51,809 nt of DNA. Origin: a virus. The notes below the pieces were generated by a model. It made no database searches, had not been told where the DNA came from, and saw nothing but the letters and a program-made list of their open reading frames with translations. The stretch is from positions 1-51,809 of IMG/VR virus record IMGVR_UViG_3300044445_000085. One strand, 5' to 3'. The position numbers and the translations under genes were made by a program. Positions 23,529 to 32,356 of the stretch are shown here, piece by piece; the first letter of the stretch is position 1; every line of letters begins with the position of its first letter.

Positions 23529-26500
23529 TCAGTCGTCGATGCCGTCGAGGACGTCGGCCAGCCGGGACCGGGTGTCGAGCCCGACCGCGGCCACGACGGC
23601 GTCCAGCCGGGCCTGGCGCTTGAGGTCGCGCCGGACGTCGGCGAGCACCTCCTTCCGGAGCCGGGCGCGGAGCTGCTCGAGGCCCTCCGACGTCCGCTTC
23701 CGCGCGGCCGGGCGCACGCCGGGCGCGGCGACCAGGGACAGGCGGTCGCCGGCCGGGCCGGTGGCGTAGCGGGGCACCGGAAACCCGCCGGAGTTGACGG
23801 CCAGCGCGCCGATCATGTCGAGTTCGCCGCCGATCTCCCGCCAGTCCCCGGACAGCGGCGACCGCTCGAGCTCGGCGATCTGCTCCGGGGTCGCGCCGGG
23901 GTTCAGCCAGCCGGCGACGGCGATGCCGTGGTCGTCCTCGTAGGCGCGCACGGTGGCGATGCCGAACCCGGTGCGGTCGTAGTGCGCCGCGGCCTGCCGC
24001 CAGGCCATCTTCGGGTCGGCGTGCCCGCCGCCGAGGGTGAGGTTGCCGACGGCGATGCGGGTGCCGTCGTCGAGCCGGACGGCGCCGACGTGGAAGAACC
24101 CGTACTCGGAGGGGCTCCGGGGCGGCTCGACGCACTGGCCGGGGTAGCCGACGTGGCAGGTGCCCCAGACGGCGACGTGGCCGAACACGCGGCCCTCGTC
24201 GGTCACGGTCAGCGCGGTGGGCCGCGTGAGGTTGGGGTTCTCGTAGGCCGAGGCCGGCGGGCGGAACATCGTGCCCGCCGCGGCGGTGAGGGACTCGACC
24301 TGCTGGGCGGCGGTCTCCTCCTCCCCGGTGTCGGGGTCAACGATGACGACGGTGCACGCGCTGGCCGGCACGGTGACCGGGTCGAGGGCGTCGTCCTCGG
24401 GGTCGACCACCACGGTCTCGGCGTCCTCGTCGACCTCGGTCACGGCGCCGCGTCCGGTGAACGTGACCGCCTCGACGTCGACCAGCAGGCCCACCTCGAG
24501 GTCGACACCCTCGGAGTCCTGCAGGGCCGCGGCCGCGGTGTCCCCGCCGGTGGGCTGCTCCTCCACCTCGACCGGGTCCAGCTCGATCGCGGCCTCAGCG
24601 AACGCCGGCGTGGCCACCTGGGTGACGCCGATCAGCCGGCCCTCGTCGACCTGCTCGAGGACGGTGGGGTTCTCGCCCTGCTCCCACTGCCCGATCAGCC
24701 ACTCCATGTCGACCGGCTCGCCGTCCTCGTCGACCAGGGAGCCGGTGACGGAGTCGAGGTCGACGGAGACGCCGCCCAGGCCGGCCTCGACCAGCGCGAT
24801 CGCCTTCCCGACGGGCTCGGCCAGCGCCGGGTCGTCGAGGTAGTCGCCGGTGGACACGATCCCCTCGGTGGTGAACTCCACGGTGAGGATGCGGCCGACC
24901 GTGGTGGAGCCGTCGTGGCCCATCCCGGTGGACTCCTGGTAGAGCAGCGGCAGCGGCAGGTCCCGGGACGTGAGGCCGCCGACCCGGAAGATCCGGCCGT
25001 CGCCGGTGGGCTTGGCGAAGGGGGCGAGGTAGGGCTTCGAGCGCCAGGTGCGGCGGGCCATGGTCGGGGTTCCTTCCGGGGTGGCGGAAGCGGTCACCGT
25101 GTTCGGGCCGCCGTAGGTGGGTGGTTCGTCGTCGATCGCGCCGTCATCGAACAGGGTCCACGCGATCGCCTCGTAGCGGGCCAGCACGAACCCGCGGACC
25201 CACAGCCGGAACTCGTCGGTGCCCGGCTCGTAGGGGCAGGCGGTCGAGGGCTCGCCCGCGGCCTGGGCGGCGCGCCCGGAGTCGTAGGCGAGCACCTGGA
25301 CGGCGGAGGGCTCGGGCTCGCCGTCGGCGGAGGCCCGCAGCACCGACCGGTCGCGGTCCATGAGGGCGTTCTGCTCGGCCTGCCGGGCCGCAGCTCGAGC
25401 CGACCCAGGCGATCCGGTGCGGGCGTAGTAGAACTCCGACCAGCCGGTGCGGCGGGTGCCCTCCCAGAACTCGAGCAGCTCCTCGGAGGCGTACCGGGCG
25501 GCGCGGGTGGCCTCGCCGGAGAACAACGAGCGGGGGTCGATGCCGGCTGCTCGGCCGGCGGCGTTGAGCATGTGGCCGCGGGTCGCGCCTTCCGCGGTCA
25601 CGTACTGCTCCTCGAGGAAGCTGGCGTACTCGAGCTGGACGTCCTGCCGCGTCGGGCTGGTGCGCTCGGCGCGGCCGCCGACCCGTTCGTGGGTGAGGCC
25701 GGGGGTGCCGTGCTCCCGCTGGAACTTCTCCACGGCGGCGGTGACCTGGGCGTCTGGGGCGTTCCCGGCGAGGAGGTCGTCGACCAGGCCCTCCTCCCGC
25801 TGCTTGTAGTCCATGAACTTCTCGTAGTCGTCCCAGCGCTGGCCCTCAAGCGGGTTGCCGTCGTCGAGGCGGGAGAGGAGGTGCACGGCGAGGTCGTCGA
25901 GCTGGTCCTCGCCGAGGTTGCCGAGGTAGTCGAAGGACAGGCGCAGCGGCACGCCGCCCTCGTCGGTCTCCTGCTCGAGCTTCCGCTCGGCGCGGCGCTG
26001 GGCGGCGCGTGCTCGCCGGGCCTCGGCGGCCTCGGCGCCGGCCTCGGCGGTGGTGGCCGGGCTGGTGGTGCGGGCGGCGCGGGCGACGGCGTCGACAGCG
26101 GCCCGCCGGCGGGTGTCCTGCTTCTCCTGCTCGGCGGGGTCGTCGTAGGCGCGGGTCTGCTCGGCGTCGGCCCGGCCCTTGATCTCCCCGGCGACGTCGT
26201 CGGCGTCACGCAGCTGCCGGCGGCTGGTGTTCGGGGTCTCCTCGGTGGCCTCGACCTCAAGCATCGTGCACCGGCAGTTCACGGTCTGCTTCGGCGGCGC
26301 GGTGGGATCGCCGGGGTGGTCGAGTTCGGAGGTGCCGATCTGGAACTGCTCGTCGAGGCGCACCCGCTGGCCGTCGGCCCGGTAGTGGTCCTTGCGGGTG
26401 CGGGAGTCGATCGTGGCCAGCCACACCTTGTCGAGGACGACGCCGGTGGCGGCCTCCCGCACCCGGGACGCTGCCAGCTGCCCGCCGTTGTAGGCGCCGA

Positions 26501-27062
26501 TGGTCTCGGTGCGCGCGATGGTCTGGGACCGCTTCCGCCACCCGTTCTCCGAGCCGCCCAGGCGCGCGGAGAGGGCACCGGCGATGCGGTCTCGGATCGC
26601 GGGGATGCCGTCGCCGTCGTCGATGCCGACCTGGATCGCGGCGCGCACGGCGTCGAAGGTGGACGCCGGGATGTCCTCCATGCGGTTCCGCACCTCGGCC
26701 AGGTACTTCTCCTGCCAGGGGCGGGCGGAGACCACGCCGTCCTGGTCGAGCAGCTCCCCGAACCGTGCGCCCAGCAACTTCTCGATGCCGGCCACGATGT
26801 GCTGCTCGACCAGCCGGCCCCACTCCTCGGACTTGGCCGGGATGCCGGAGGCGTCGGGGACGACGTCCTCGGGGCCGGCGGTCAGCGTGCCGCCCAGGGC
26901 CGCGGCGGCCGCGATGGTCAGCCACTCCCGGACGGCGGCCCAGCACGCCGCCTCCATCTGCTCCTCGAACCGGGCGAGGTCGGCGGCGGCCTTCTCCCGG
27001 TCCGGGAGCAGCGGGTCGGCGGCCTCCGCGGCAGCGCGGAGCGCCCGGGTGCGCGCGCTCAC
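23529..27062 (-). CDS. MuF-like head morphogenesis / capsid maturation protease fusion protein (1177 aa)
   Basis: The GTG start overlaps the portal stop (GTGA). The N-terminus has the MuF signature (IARTETIGAYNGG...WLATIDSRTRKDHYRADGQ...NCRC). The C-terminal ~480 aa has protease-like patterns (GDGRIF...GMGHDG; VFGHVAVWGTCHVG...GGGHAD). The central ~400 aa is uncharacterised. Confidence 0.8.
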   Translation of the reverse strand: MSARTRALRAAAEAADPLLPDREKAAADLARFEEQMEAACWAAVREWLTIAAAAALGGTLTAGPEDVVPDASGIPAKSEEWGRLVEQHIVAGIEKLLGARFGELLDQDGVVSARPWQEKYLAEVRNRMEDIPASTFDAVRAAIQVGIDDGDGIPAIRDRIAGALSARLGGSENGWRKRSQTIARTETIGAYNGGQLAASRVREAATGVVLDKVWLATIDSRTRKDHYRADGQRVRLDEQFQIGTSELDHPGDPTAPPKQTVNCRCTMLEVEATEETPNTSRRQLRDADDVAGEIKGRADAEQTRAYDDPAEQEKQDTRRRAAVDAVARAARTTSPATTAEAGAEAAEARRARAAQRRAERKLEQETDEGGVPLRLSFDYLGNLGEDQLDDLAVHLLSRLDDGNPLEGQRWDDYEKFMDYKQREEGLVDDLLAGNAPDAQVTAAVEKFQREHGTPGLTHERVGGRAERTSPTRQDVQLEYASFLEEQYVTAEGATRGHMLNAAGRAAGIDPRSLFSGEATRAARYASEELLEFWEGTRRTGWSEFYYARTGSPGSARAAARQAEQNALMDRDRSVLRASADGEPEPSAVQVLAYDSGRAAQAAGEPSTACPYEPGTDEFRLWVRGFVLARYEAIAWTLFDDGAIDDEPPTYGGPNTVTASATPEGTPTMARRTWRSKPYLAPFAKPTGDGRIFRVGGLTSRDLPLPLLYQESTGMGHDGSTTVGRILTVEFTTEGIVSTGDYLDDPALAEPVGKAIALVEAGLGGVSVDLDSVTGSLVDEDGEPVDMEWLIGQWEQGENPTVLEQVDEGRLIGVTQVATPAFAEAAIELDPVEVEEQPTGGDTAAAALQDSEGVDLEVGLLVDVEAVTFTGRGAVTEVDEDAETVVVDPEDDALDPVTVPASACTVVIVDPDTGEEETAAQQVESLTAAAGTMFRPPASAYENPNLTRPTALTVTDEGRVFGHVAVWGTCHVGYPGQCVEPPRSPSEYGFFHVGAVRLDDGTRIAVGNLTLGGGHADPKMAWRQAAAHYDRTGFGIATVRAYEDDHGIAVAGWLNPGATPEQIAELERSPLSGDWREIGGELDMIGALAVNSGGFPVPRYATGPAGDRLSLVAAPGVRPAARKRTSEGLEQLRARLRKEVLADVRRDLKRQARLDAVVAAVGLDTRSRLADVLDGIDD

Positions 27063-28870
27063 GCCGTCGCCCGGGCTCGGACGACGATGGTCCGGAGGTA
27101 CTCGACGCGGTGCGGTTCGCCGGAGGCCAGCAGCCCGCGGGTGTAGGCGTCCAGCTCGACGGCCAGCACCTCGGGGTCGAGGCCGACCAGGGGGGCGTCC
27201 TCCTCAAGGGAGGACCAGACGCCGGCCAGCTGCCGGTCCTGGTGGGCCACCTCGACCACGGGCCGCCGGAGGTAGCGGGCCGCGGCCGGAACGTCGTCGA
27301 GCTGGGCGCGGATCTCGCGGTTGACCAGCATCCGGTTGCCGGCCAGCTCGAGGGCGCGACGAACGGCCAGGTGCGCGGTCATGGTCGGCCCGTCGAGGGA
27401 GGCCGAGGCGTTGGAGCCGGCGGGCAGCGCGGGCGGGCCGTCCTCGGCGTCGGCGGGGTCGACGTCGTCCACCGGCGCGGTGGCCGGCTCAGAGGGCACC
27501 ACCAGCACCGGGAGGGCCGGGAGCGCCTCGCCCTTCCACAGTCGCATGAGGGGCTCGAGCAGCTGGGCCGCGGTCGCCGGCTGGGTCTCGATGATCTTCT
27601 GGAACAGGCGGGCGGCCTTCTCCTCCGGCTTGGCCCGGTCGTTCGCGTCGAGGCCCAGGTAGCGGAGGAGAGCGTCGCCGCCGAGTTCGCCGGCGGCGTG
27701 CGCGTCCTTGGCGTTGCCCGACTGGTCGGGGCGGGTGGTCAGCTCCGAGGTGTCGAACCACAGGCAGTACCGGTCCGGGTCGATGCCGTCGGCGATCAGG
27801 TTGGGCCGGTAGAAGTCCTTGTTGAGCCCGGCGACGACGGTGGTCAGCTTCGGCTCGATGTGGAGCTTGACCCCGGCCTCGTCGATCTGCCAGGCGCCCC
27901 AGTGGTTGATCCCGCCGAGGCCCAACAGCGCCTCGGGTTCCATGTCCATGCCCAGCGCCATGCGCCGGATCGCCTTCTCCCGCGCGGCCTGCACCTGCTC
28001 GGACAGCTCGGTGTAGAAGTTGAGCCAGTGGATCGCGTCCTGCATCCGTTCGCCGGGCAGCTCGAGGATGATCGGCACGATCGCGGAGGCGTCCGACCGG
28101 TCGCCCAGCGGGGTGATCATCGCGTCGGTGAGCATGGCGGCCAGCGGGGACAGGCCGGGGTAGCGGGCCTGCACCTCCTCGGGCACGGGGGGGAACGTGG
28201 CGCCCTTGGCGACGGCGAGGATCCCGGCGCCGGCGAGGCGGGAGTCGAGGTCGGCCGCGACGCGCTGGGACAGCTGCTCGAGTTCGGCGAGCACCGGCAG
28301 GACGGAGCGGGTCGGGGAGTAGGCCTCCCACCGCTTCCGGGGGTGGGACTGCCAGAGCCGGATGAGGATGGTGCGGTCGACGTCGAGGGTGCGGGCGCCC
28401 TCGCCCTGGTCGAGAGTCCAGCCCTTCGATCGGGAGTGCTTGAGCTCGGTGGTGGAGGCGGTCGTCCACTCGTCGGGGCCGCCGGTGGCCGGGGTCTCGC
28501 CGATCACGTAGAGGTCGCCGGGGACCGTGAGGTGCACGCCGATGCTCGAGAGGATCTGGGCGGCGTGTGCTGGCCCGCCGAGCAGCCCGTCGGCGGCGGC
28601 CAGTGCGCGGGCGTCGCTGGTGGGGCCCATCGGCACGCCGTTGGCGACGTCGGCGACGTAGAGGGTCGCCCGGCTCATGGAGTTGCCCTGCCAGAGCGCC
28701 GAGTACGACAGCTCCCCGCAGAGGTCGAAGTGCCGCCAGGCCTCCTCCTGCCAGTCCTGCTGGATCGCCGCCGCCGGCTTCTTCCGGAGGTCGATCCGGG
28801 CCGCGCTCGAGATCAGCCCGGTGGAAGTCTTGGGGGCCGCCGTCGGGGCGGGGGTGGTGGCGCGGGCCAT
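27059..28870 (-). CDS. Portal protein
   Basis: The ATG follows GAGGACTGACCAC. The product is 603 aa. The gene is translationally coupled to the MuF-like gene, and its size, position and sequence pattern fit siphovirus portals. Confidence 0.8.
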   Translation of the reverse strand: MARATTPAPTAAPKTSTGLISSAARIDLRKKPAAAIQQDWQEEAWRHFDLCGELSYSALWQGNSMSRATLYVADVANGVPMGPTSDARALAAADGLLGGPAHAAQILSSIGVHLTVPGDLYVIGETPATGGPDEWTTASTTELKHSRSKGWTLDQGEGARTLDVDRTILIRLWQSHPRKRWEAYSPTRSVLPVLAELEQLSQRVAADLDSRLAGAGILAVAKGATFPPVPEEVQARYPGLSPLAAMLTDAMITPLGDRSDASAIVPIILELPGERMQDAIHWLNFYTELSEQVQAAREKAIRRMALGMDMEPEALLGLGGINHWGAWQIDEAGVKLHIEPKLTTVVAGLNKDFYRPNLIADGIDPDRYCLWFDTSELTTRPDQSGNAKDAHAAGELGGDALLRYLGLDANDRAKPEEKAARLFQKIIETQPATAAQLLEPLMRLWKGEALPALPVLVVPSEPATAPVDDVDPADAEDGPPALPAGSNASASLDGPTMTAHLAVRRALELAGNRMLVNREIRAQLDDVPAAARYLRRPVVEVAHQDRQLAGVWSSLEEDAPLVGLDPEVLAVELDAYTRGLLASGEPHRVEYLRTIVVRARATA

Positions 28871-28874
28871 GTGG

Positions 28875-29246
28875 TCAGTCCTCGGGCTCGAGGGCCACGA
28901 GCAGGCCCGTCAGGTGGGAGAGGGAGAGGGCGAGGGGGAGCACCAGGGCGAGGGCGATCCACCCGTCGGCGAGCAGCACGGCGAGCACGGCGGCGACCGG
29001 GACGGCGAGCCAGAGGGAGGTGCACCAGCGGCAATGCACCAGGTAGGCCCAGGGGGACAGGCCGTCGGGCGCGTCCTCCTCGGCGGGGAACCGGTCGAGC
29101 ATGAACCGGCGGATCGGGAGCCCGACCCGGTCGGACACGACGGCGCGGGTCAGGCGGGCGACGGTGAGGAGGCCCAGCAGCAGGAGGCTGGCGGCCAGCA
29201 GAGGCGACACGGGCAGAGGGTATCCGCGCTGCTCCTGCCTGGGCAC
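28875..29246 (-). CDS. Membrane protein, DUF1360-like
   Basis: The 123-aa product has LTVARLTRAVVSDRVGLPIRRF...LVHCRWCTSLWLAV and several hydrophobic helices. The start codon (GTG 29246) is uncertain. Confidence 0.5.
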   Translation of the reverse strand: MPRQEQRGYPLPVSPLLAASLLLLGLLTVARLTRAVVSDRVGLPIRRFMLDRFPAEEDAPDGLSPWAYLVHCRWCTSLWLAVPVAAVLAVLLADGWIALALVLPLALSLSHLTGLLVALEPED

Positions 29247-29259
29247 GGTCCGGAGTCGG

Positions 29260-30303
29260 TCAGGTGGCCTGGACGGCGACGGTCAGCACGGTGCCGATGG
29301 AGAGGGTGGCGGTGGCGACGATCGTGACGTCGAGGGCGTTCTGGGTCGTGTTCCGGGTGAACGAGAGCACCGCGGCCGGGCCGCCGCTGATGGTGATCTG
29401 GGGGTCGTACCCGGCCGGCGGGGTGCCGTTCGTGAACGGGCAGGACACGACGGAGGTGGCGCCGAGGCCGAGCAGCGAGCCGAGGGTGCGGGAGCCCTTG
29501 GCCTTGTAGACGATCGTGCCTGCCGCCCCGTCCTTCCCTGGTGCGCCGTCCTTCCCCGGAGGGCCGGGCACGGTGGAGTCCTTCCCCGCGGTGCCGTCCT
29601 TGCCCGGAGGTCCCGGCACGGTCGAGTCCTTGCCAGGGGGCCCCGGGACGACGGAGTCCTTCCCGGGGGGCCCCGGCACGGTGGAGTCCTTGCCGGGCGG
29701 ACCGGGCACGGTCGAGTCCTTGCCCGGCGCGCCCGGTGCGCCCGGTGCGCCCGGCTCGCCGGGAGGGCCGGGCGTCAGCTCGATCGCGTCGACCTTCGCG
29801 TTGAGGTCGGCCACCTGCTCGAGCACCTCGGCGACGCGGCGGGCGAGCTCGGCGTCGTCGGCGTGGAGCGCGTCGTCCTCCTCCTGCAGCCGCTGGTGCA
29901 CCAGCTCCGACGCGGGGATCGCCTGGCCCAGGGTCTCGGCCAGCTCGGCCAGCTTCTCCTGGGACTCTTGGATCGCGGCCACCCGGCCGGCCTGGGTGGA
30001 GAGGTCCATCCGGACGCGGGTGGCCATGCCCTGCGCGTTCGCCGCGCGCGCGTCGGCGTCGGCCGCGGCCCGCAGAGCAGCGGCGGCCATGGTGCCGTCG
30101 CCGGCGGTGATGGTCGGGTAGTACGGCCACGGCCCGTACCCGGTGTCCGGGAGCGGGTCGGCGGTGCCGTCCTCGGGGGGGATGGTGCGGCGGGCCAGGC
30201 CGCCGTTGAGCAGCGCGGGGACGCGCGGGTCGTCGTCGTCGGCGGTGAGCACGGCGCCGACGTCGTGTCCGAACGCGGGGGCGGTGAGGCGGATCCACAG
30301 CAC
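29260..30303 (-). CDS. Collagen-like repeat protein (fibre or decoration candidate)
   Basis: GTG at 30301-30303 follows CCGGAAGG. The 347-aa product has an N-terminal coiled coil, then GPPGEPGAPGAPGAPG and repeats of GPPGKDSTVP, then an 85-aa C-terminal beta-type domain. Confidence 0.8.
   Translation of the reverse strand: MLWIRLTAPAFGHDVGAVLTADDDDPRVPALLNGGLARRTIPPEDGTADPLPDTGYGPWPYYPTITAGDGTMAAAALRAAADADARAANAQGMATRVRMDLSTQAGRVAAIQESQEKLAELAETLGQAIPASELVHQRLQEEDDALHADDAELARRVAEVLEQVADLNAKVDAIELTPGPPGEPGAPGAPGAPGKDSTVPGPPGKDSTVPGPPGKDSVVPGPPGKDSTVPGPPGKDGTAGKDSTVPGPPGKDGAPGKDGAAGTIVYKAKGSRTLGSLLGLGATSVVSCPFTNGTPPAGYDPQITISGGPAAVLSFTRNTTQNALDVTIVATATLSIGTVLTVAVQAT
29518..29769. repeat. 30-bp tandem coding repeats (GPPGKDSTVP units / Gly-X-Y)
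   Basis: The DNA repeats ...ggcacggtggagtccttcccgg... with 30-nt periodicity. These encode five or six decapeptide units plus GAP triplets. Confidence 0.9.
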
Positions 30304-30326
30304 GGCTGGGCCTTCCGGAGGGGGTG

Positions 30327-30368
30327 GCGCCCGGCCCAGGGCCAGCGGTCGCCCGCACCGGAACCCTA
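30327..30368 (-). promoter_or_regulatory. Late-type promoter/leader motif, copy upstream of the collagen-like gene
   Basis: The minus strand has TAGGGT-N10-GCGACCGCTGGCCCTGGGCCGGGCGC. The TAG stop of the upstream gene (30366-30368) is part of the TAGGGT. Confidence 0.5.
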
Positions 30369-30551
30369 TCGTCCGCGGAGCCACCAGAGCACGGCGACGA
30401 CCAGCAGCGGCAGCAGCACGGCGAGCCCGCCGTAGAAGATGCGGATCTGCCGGGGGGTGGGCTCGAAGCCGGCGCCGAGCAGCCACCACAGCATGAGCAC
30501 GCCGAGAGCACCGTCGGCGGCCAGCAGCGCCACGGTGCCCCCGACGTTCAC
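30366..30551 (-). CDS. Small membrane protein (2 TM)
   Basis: The GTG start overlaps the upstream stop (GTGA). The 61-aa product reads VNVGGTVALLAADGALGVLMLWWLLGAGF...GGLAVLLPLLVVAVLWWL. Confidence 0.55.
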   Translation of the reverse strand: MNVGGTVALLAADGALGVLMLWWLLGAGFEPTPRQIRIFYGGLAVLLPLLVVAVLWWLRGR

Positions 30552-30985
30552 GCGGTCGCCCGCCGGAGGGCGTCGGCCAGCTCGACCGCCGCCGAGCTGG
30601 TGCCGTGCCGCTGGCCCATGCCCTCGGCGCCGACCAGCCAGCCGCCGACGTGGCCCTCCCGCGCCCAGAGGTTGTAGGCGAACAGCACGTGGGCGGCGTG
30701 GGGGTCGCGGATTCCGGCGAGCCGGAGGACGTACTGCTCGCCGCGGACGACGTCGTGCAGGTGGGCCAGCTCGACCCGGGTGGGCCGCTCGAAGTCGGCG
30801 CGCACCTCGGCGGGCAGGAGGGCGAGCACCTCGGCGTGGGTGACCAGCCACCCGTCGTCCGGCGCGACGGTGTGCAGGCGGCGCGCCCGGGTGATCGGGC
30901 CCACCGGACCGAGGTGCTCCACCAGAGCGGTCACGGCCAGCAGAGCCAGCATCGCCAGCAGGACCCACGGCGGGACGGCGGTCAT
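30548..30985 (-). CDS. Hypothetical protein with N-terminal TM/signal anchor
   Basis: The ATG overlaps the upstream stop (ATGA). The 145-aa product starts MTAVPPWVLLAMLALLAVTALV.... Confidence 0.55.
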   Translation of the reverse strand: MTAVPPWVLLAMLALLAVTALVEHLGPVGPITRARRLHTVAPDDGWLVTHAEVLALLPAEVRADFERPTRVELAHLHDVVRGEQYVLRLAGIRDPHAAHVLFAYNLWAREGHVGGWLVGAEGMGQRHGTSSAAVELADALRRATA

Positions 30986-31242
30986 CGCCGGTACCACCGG
31001 AGGGTCAGCGCCGGCACCTCGTCGGCTGGCGGCTCGGCCAGCACGACGACGCGGAGGTGCTGGCGGCCGGTCCGCTTCCCGCGCTGCTGGACGCGGACGG
31101 CCACCACGCGGTAGGCGCGGCCGGTCTCGGTGAGCACCAGGTCGCCGGCCTCGAGCTGGCGGACGGCGTCCACGTACAGGCCGACCTCGGCGCCGGGCGG
31201 GGCCCCGGTCACCGGGTCTGCTCCGACGTCGTCCACGTCCAC
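30982..31242 (-). CDS. Hypothetical protein
   Basis: The start is GTG at 31240-31242 and the product is 86 aa. There is no Shine-Dalgarno sequence. A -10-like TACGGT lies 8 nt upstream, so the transcript may be leaderless or nearly so. Confidence 0.5.
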   Translation of the reverse strand: MDVDDVGADPVTGAPPGAEVGLYVDAVRQLEAGDLVLTETGRAYRVVAVRVQQRGKRTGRQHLRVVVLAEPPADEVPALTLRWYRR

Positions 31243-31262
31243 GAGACGCCACCGTAGCTGGC
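31243..31262 (-). promoter_or_regulatory. Putative promoter (-10 TACGGT) of the pre-portal gene block
   Basis: The minus strand reads CCAGCTACGGTGGCGTCTCGTG. It shares the decamer GCTACGGTGG with the 4705-4745 promoter region. Confidence 0.3.
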
Positions 31263-31365
31263 CTGGTGGACCGGGCCCTCGTCTCGGAACGGGTTGCCCC
31301 GCAGGTGCTCGCCGCTGCAGCGGAGCGTGAGCGCGGCGTCGACTTCGTACTCACTCAAGCAGGCC

Positions 31366-31965
31366 TCAGCCACGGGGCGCCCCGTAGACGCCGATGCCGG
31401 GCATGATCCGGCCGGTGTCGTGCTGGGCGGCCCGGAGCGCGCGGGCCAGCTGGTCGGCGGTGCCCGGCCAGGCCTGCACCAGCGCGCGGGCGTCGGCCTC
31501 GGCGTAGGACGCCCGGCGGGCCACCGCGACGTGCAGCACGCCGACGCCGTCCCGCTCGGCGTGCTGCCGCTCGATCGCCGCCTGCACGGTGAGGCCCCAC
31601 CGCGGCCGCCGCAGGGTGTGCACCCGCTGCCGGGCCGGCTGCTGCCCGGGCAGGGGCAGGCCGGGCCGGATCTCGGCCAGGCCCCACCCGTCGGGCAGCT
31701 CCTCCAGCTTGGCCACGCCGGGGACGGTGAGGATGGTCCATGCGTCGACCAGGTGGGTGCGGGCCTTCCCGGGCTTCCGCAGCTCGCGGAGCCAGTCGCC
31801 GCGGGACACCTTGACCTCGACGCCGAGGCGCCGGTGGCCGGTGGAGCGCCAGAGCCCGACGGCCAGCAGGTCGAGGCCCTCGACCTCCTCGACGCACGCC
31901 CACCCGGCGCCGAGGGAGCGGCGCATGGCGTCGAGGCAGAGCCGGGTGGCGGGGGAGGCGCTCAC
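31366..31965 (-). CDS. PD-(D/E)xK-fold nuclease candidate (MmcB-like)
   Basis: The GTG start overlaps the upstream stop (GTGA). In the 199-aa product, GWACVEEVEGLDLLAVG...LGVEVKVSRGDWLRELRKPGK resembles the D...E-x-K core of MmcB-like proteins. Confidence 0.45.
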   Translation of the reverse strand: MSASPATRLCLDAMRRSLGAGWACVEEVEGLDLLAVGLWRSTGHRRLGVEVKVSRGDWLRELRKPGKARTHLVDAWTILTVPGVAKLEELPDGWGLAEIRPGLPLPGQQPARQRVHTLRRPRWGLTVQAAIERQHAERDGVGVLHVAVARRASYAEADARALVQAWPGTADQLARALRAAQHDTGRIMPGIGVYGAPRG

Positions 31966-32177
31966 CGGAGCGCCTCGGGCCAGACGACGTCGACGCTCTC
32001 GCCGTGGGTGGGGCAGGTGCCTCGGTAGTCGTGCTCGTCCGCCTCGCCTGGTGCGGGCGGCAGCTTCCGCACGGAGGCCTGGGGGACGAAGCGGCCACAC
32101 CGGGAGCAGTGCCACCGGTGCCGAGAGGGCGCCGGTTCGGGGTCGTTGTCGAAGCAGACCAGGGTGGACAGGCTCAC
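31962..32177 (-). CDS. Hypothetical zinc-ribbon-like protein
   Basis: The GTG start overlaps the upstream stop (GTGA). The 71-aa product has WHCSRCGRF...GTCPTHG. Confidence 0.5.
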   Translation of the reverse strand: MSLSTLVCFDNDPEPAPSRHRWHCSRCGRFVPQASVRKLPPAPGEADEHDYRGTCPTHGESVDVVWPEALR

Positions 32178-32356
32178 CGGAGCCACCCGGCCAGGGCGAG
32201 GACCGCGGCGCCGGAGCCGGCGAGCGCGACGCCGAGCACCAGGGCCAGCACGGCGATCAGCTCGCCGGCGGAGTGCCGGGCCGACCCCAGCTTCCCCAGC
32301 GCGCCGAGGCCGGCGGCCACCGCGCCGACCACGACGGCGATCTCGGCCGGGCTCAC
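32174..32356 (-). CDS. Small membrane protein
   Basis: The GTG start overlaps the methyltransferase stop (GTGA). The 60-aa product has two hydrophobic Ala/Gly/Val/Leu-rich helices. Confidence 0.5.
   Translation of the reverse strand: MSPAEIAVVVGAVAAGLGALGKLGSARHSAGELIAVLALVLGVALAGSGAAVLALAGWLR

Noticed and set aside
29516-30121. Plus-strand ORF 29516..30121, which also encodes Gly/Pro-rich collagen-like sequence
   Set aside because: It is the mirror image of the minus-strand collagen-like gene. The minus-strand frame has an RBS-linked start, a coiled-coil N-terminus, a folded C-terminal domain and fits the operon. The plus-strand frame has none of these.
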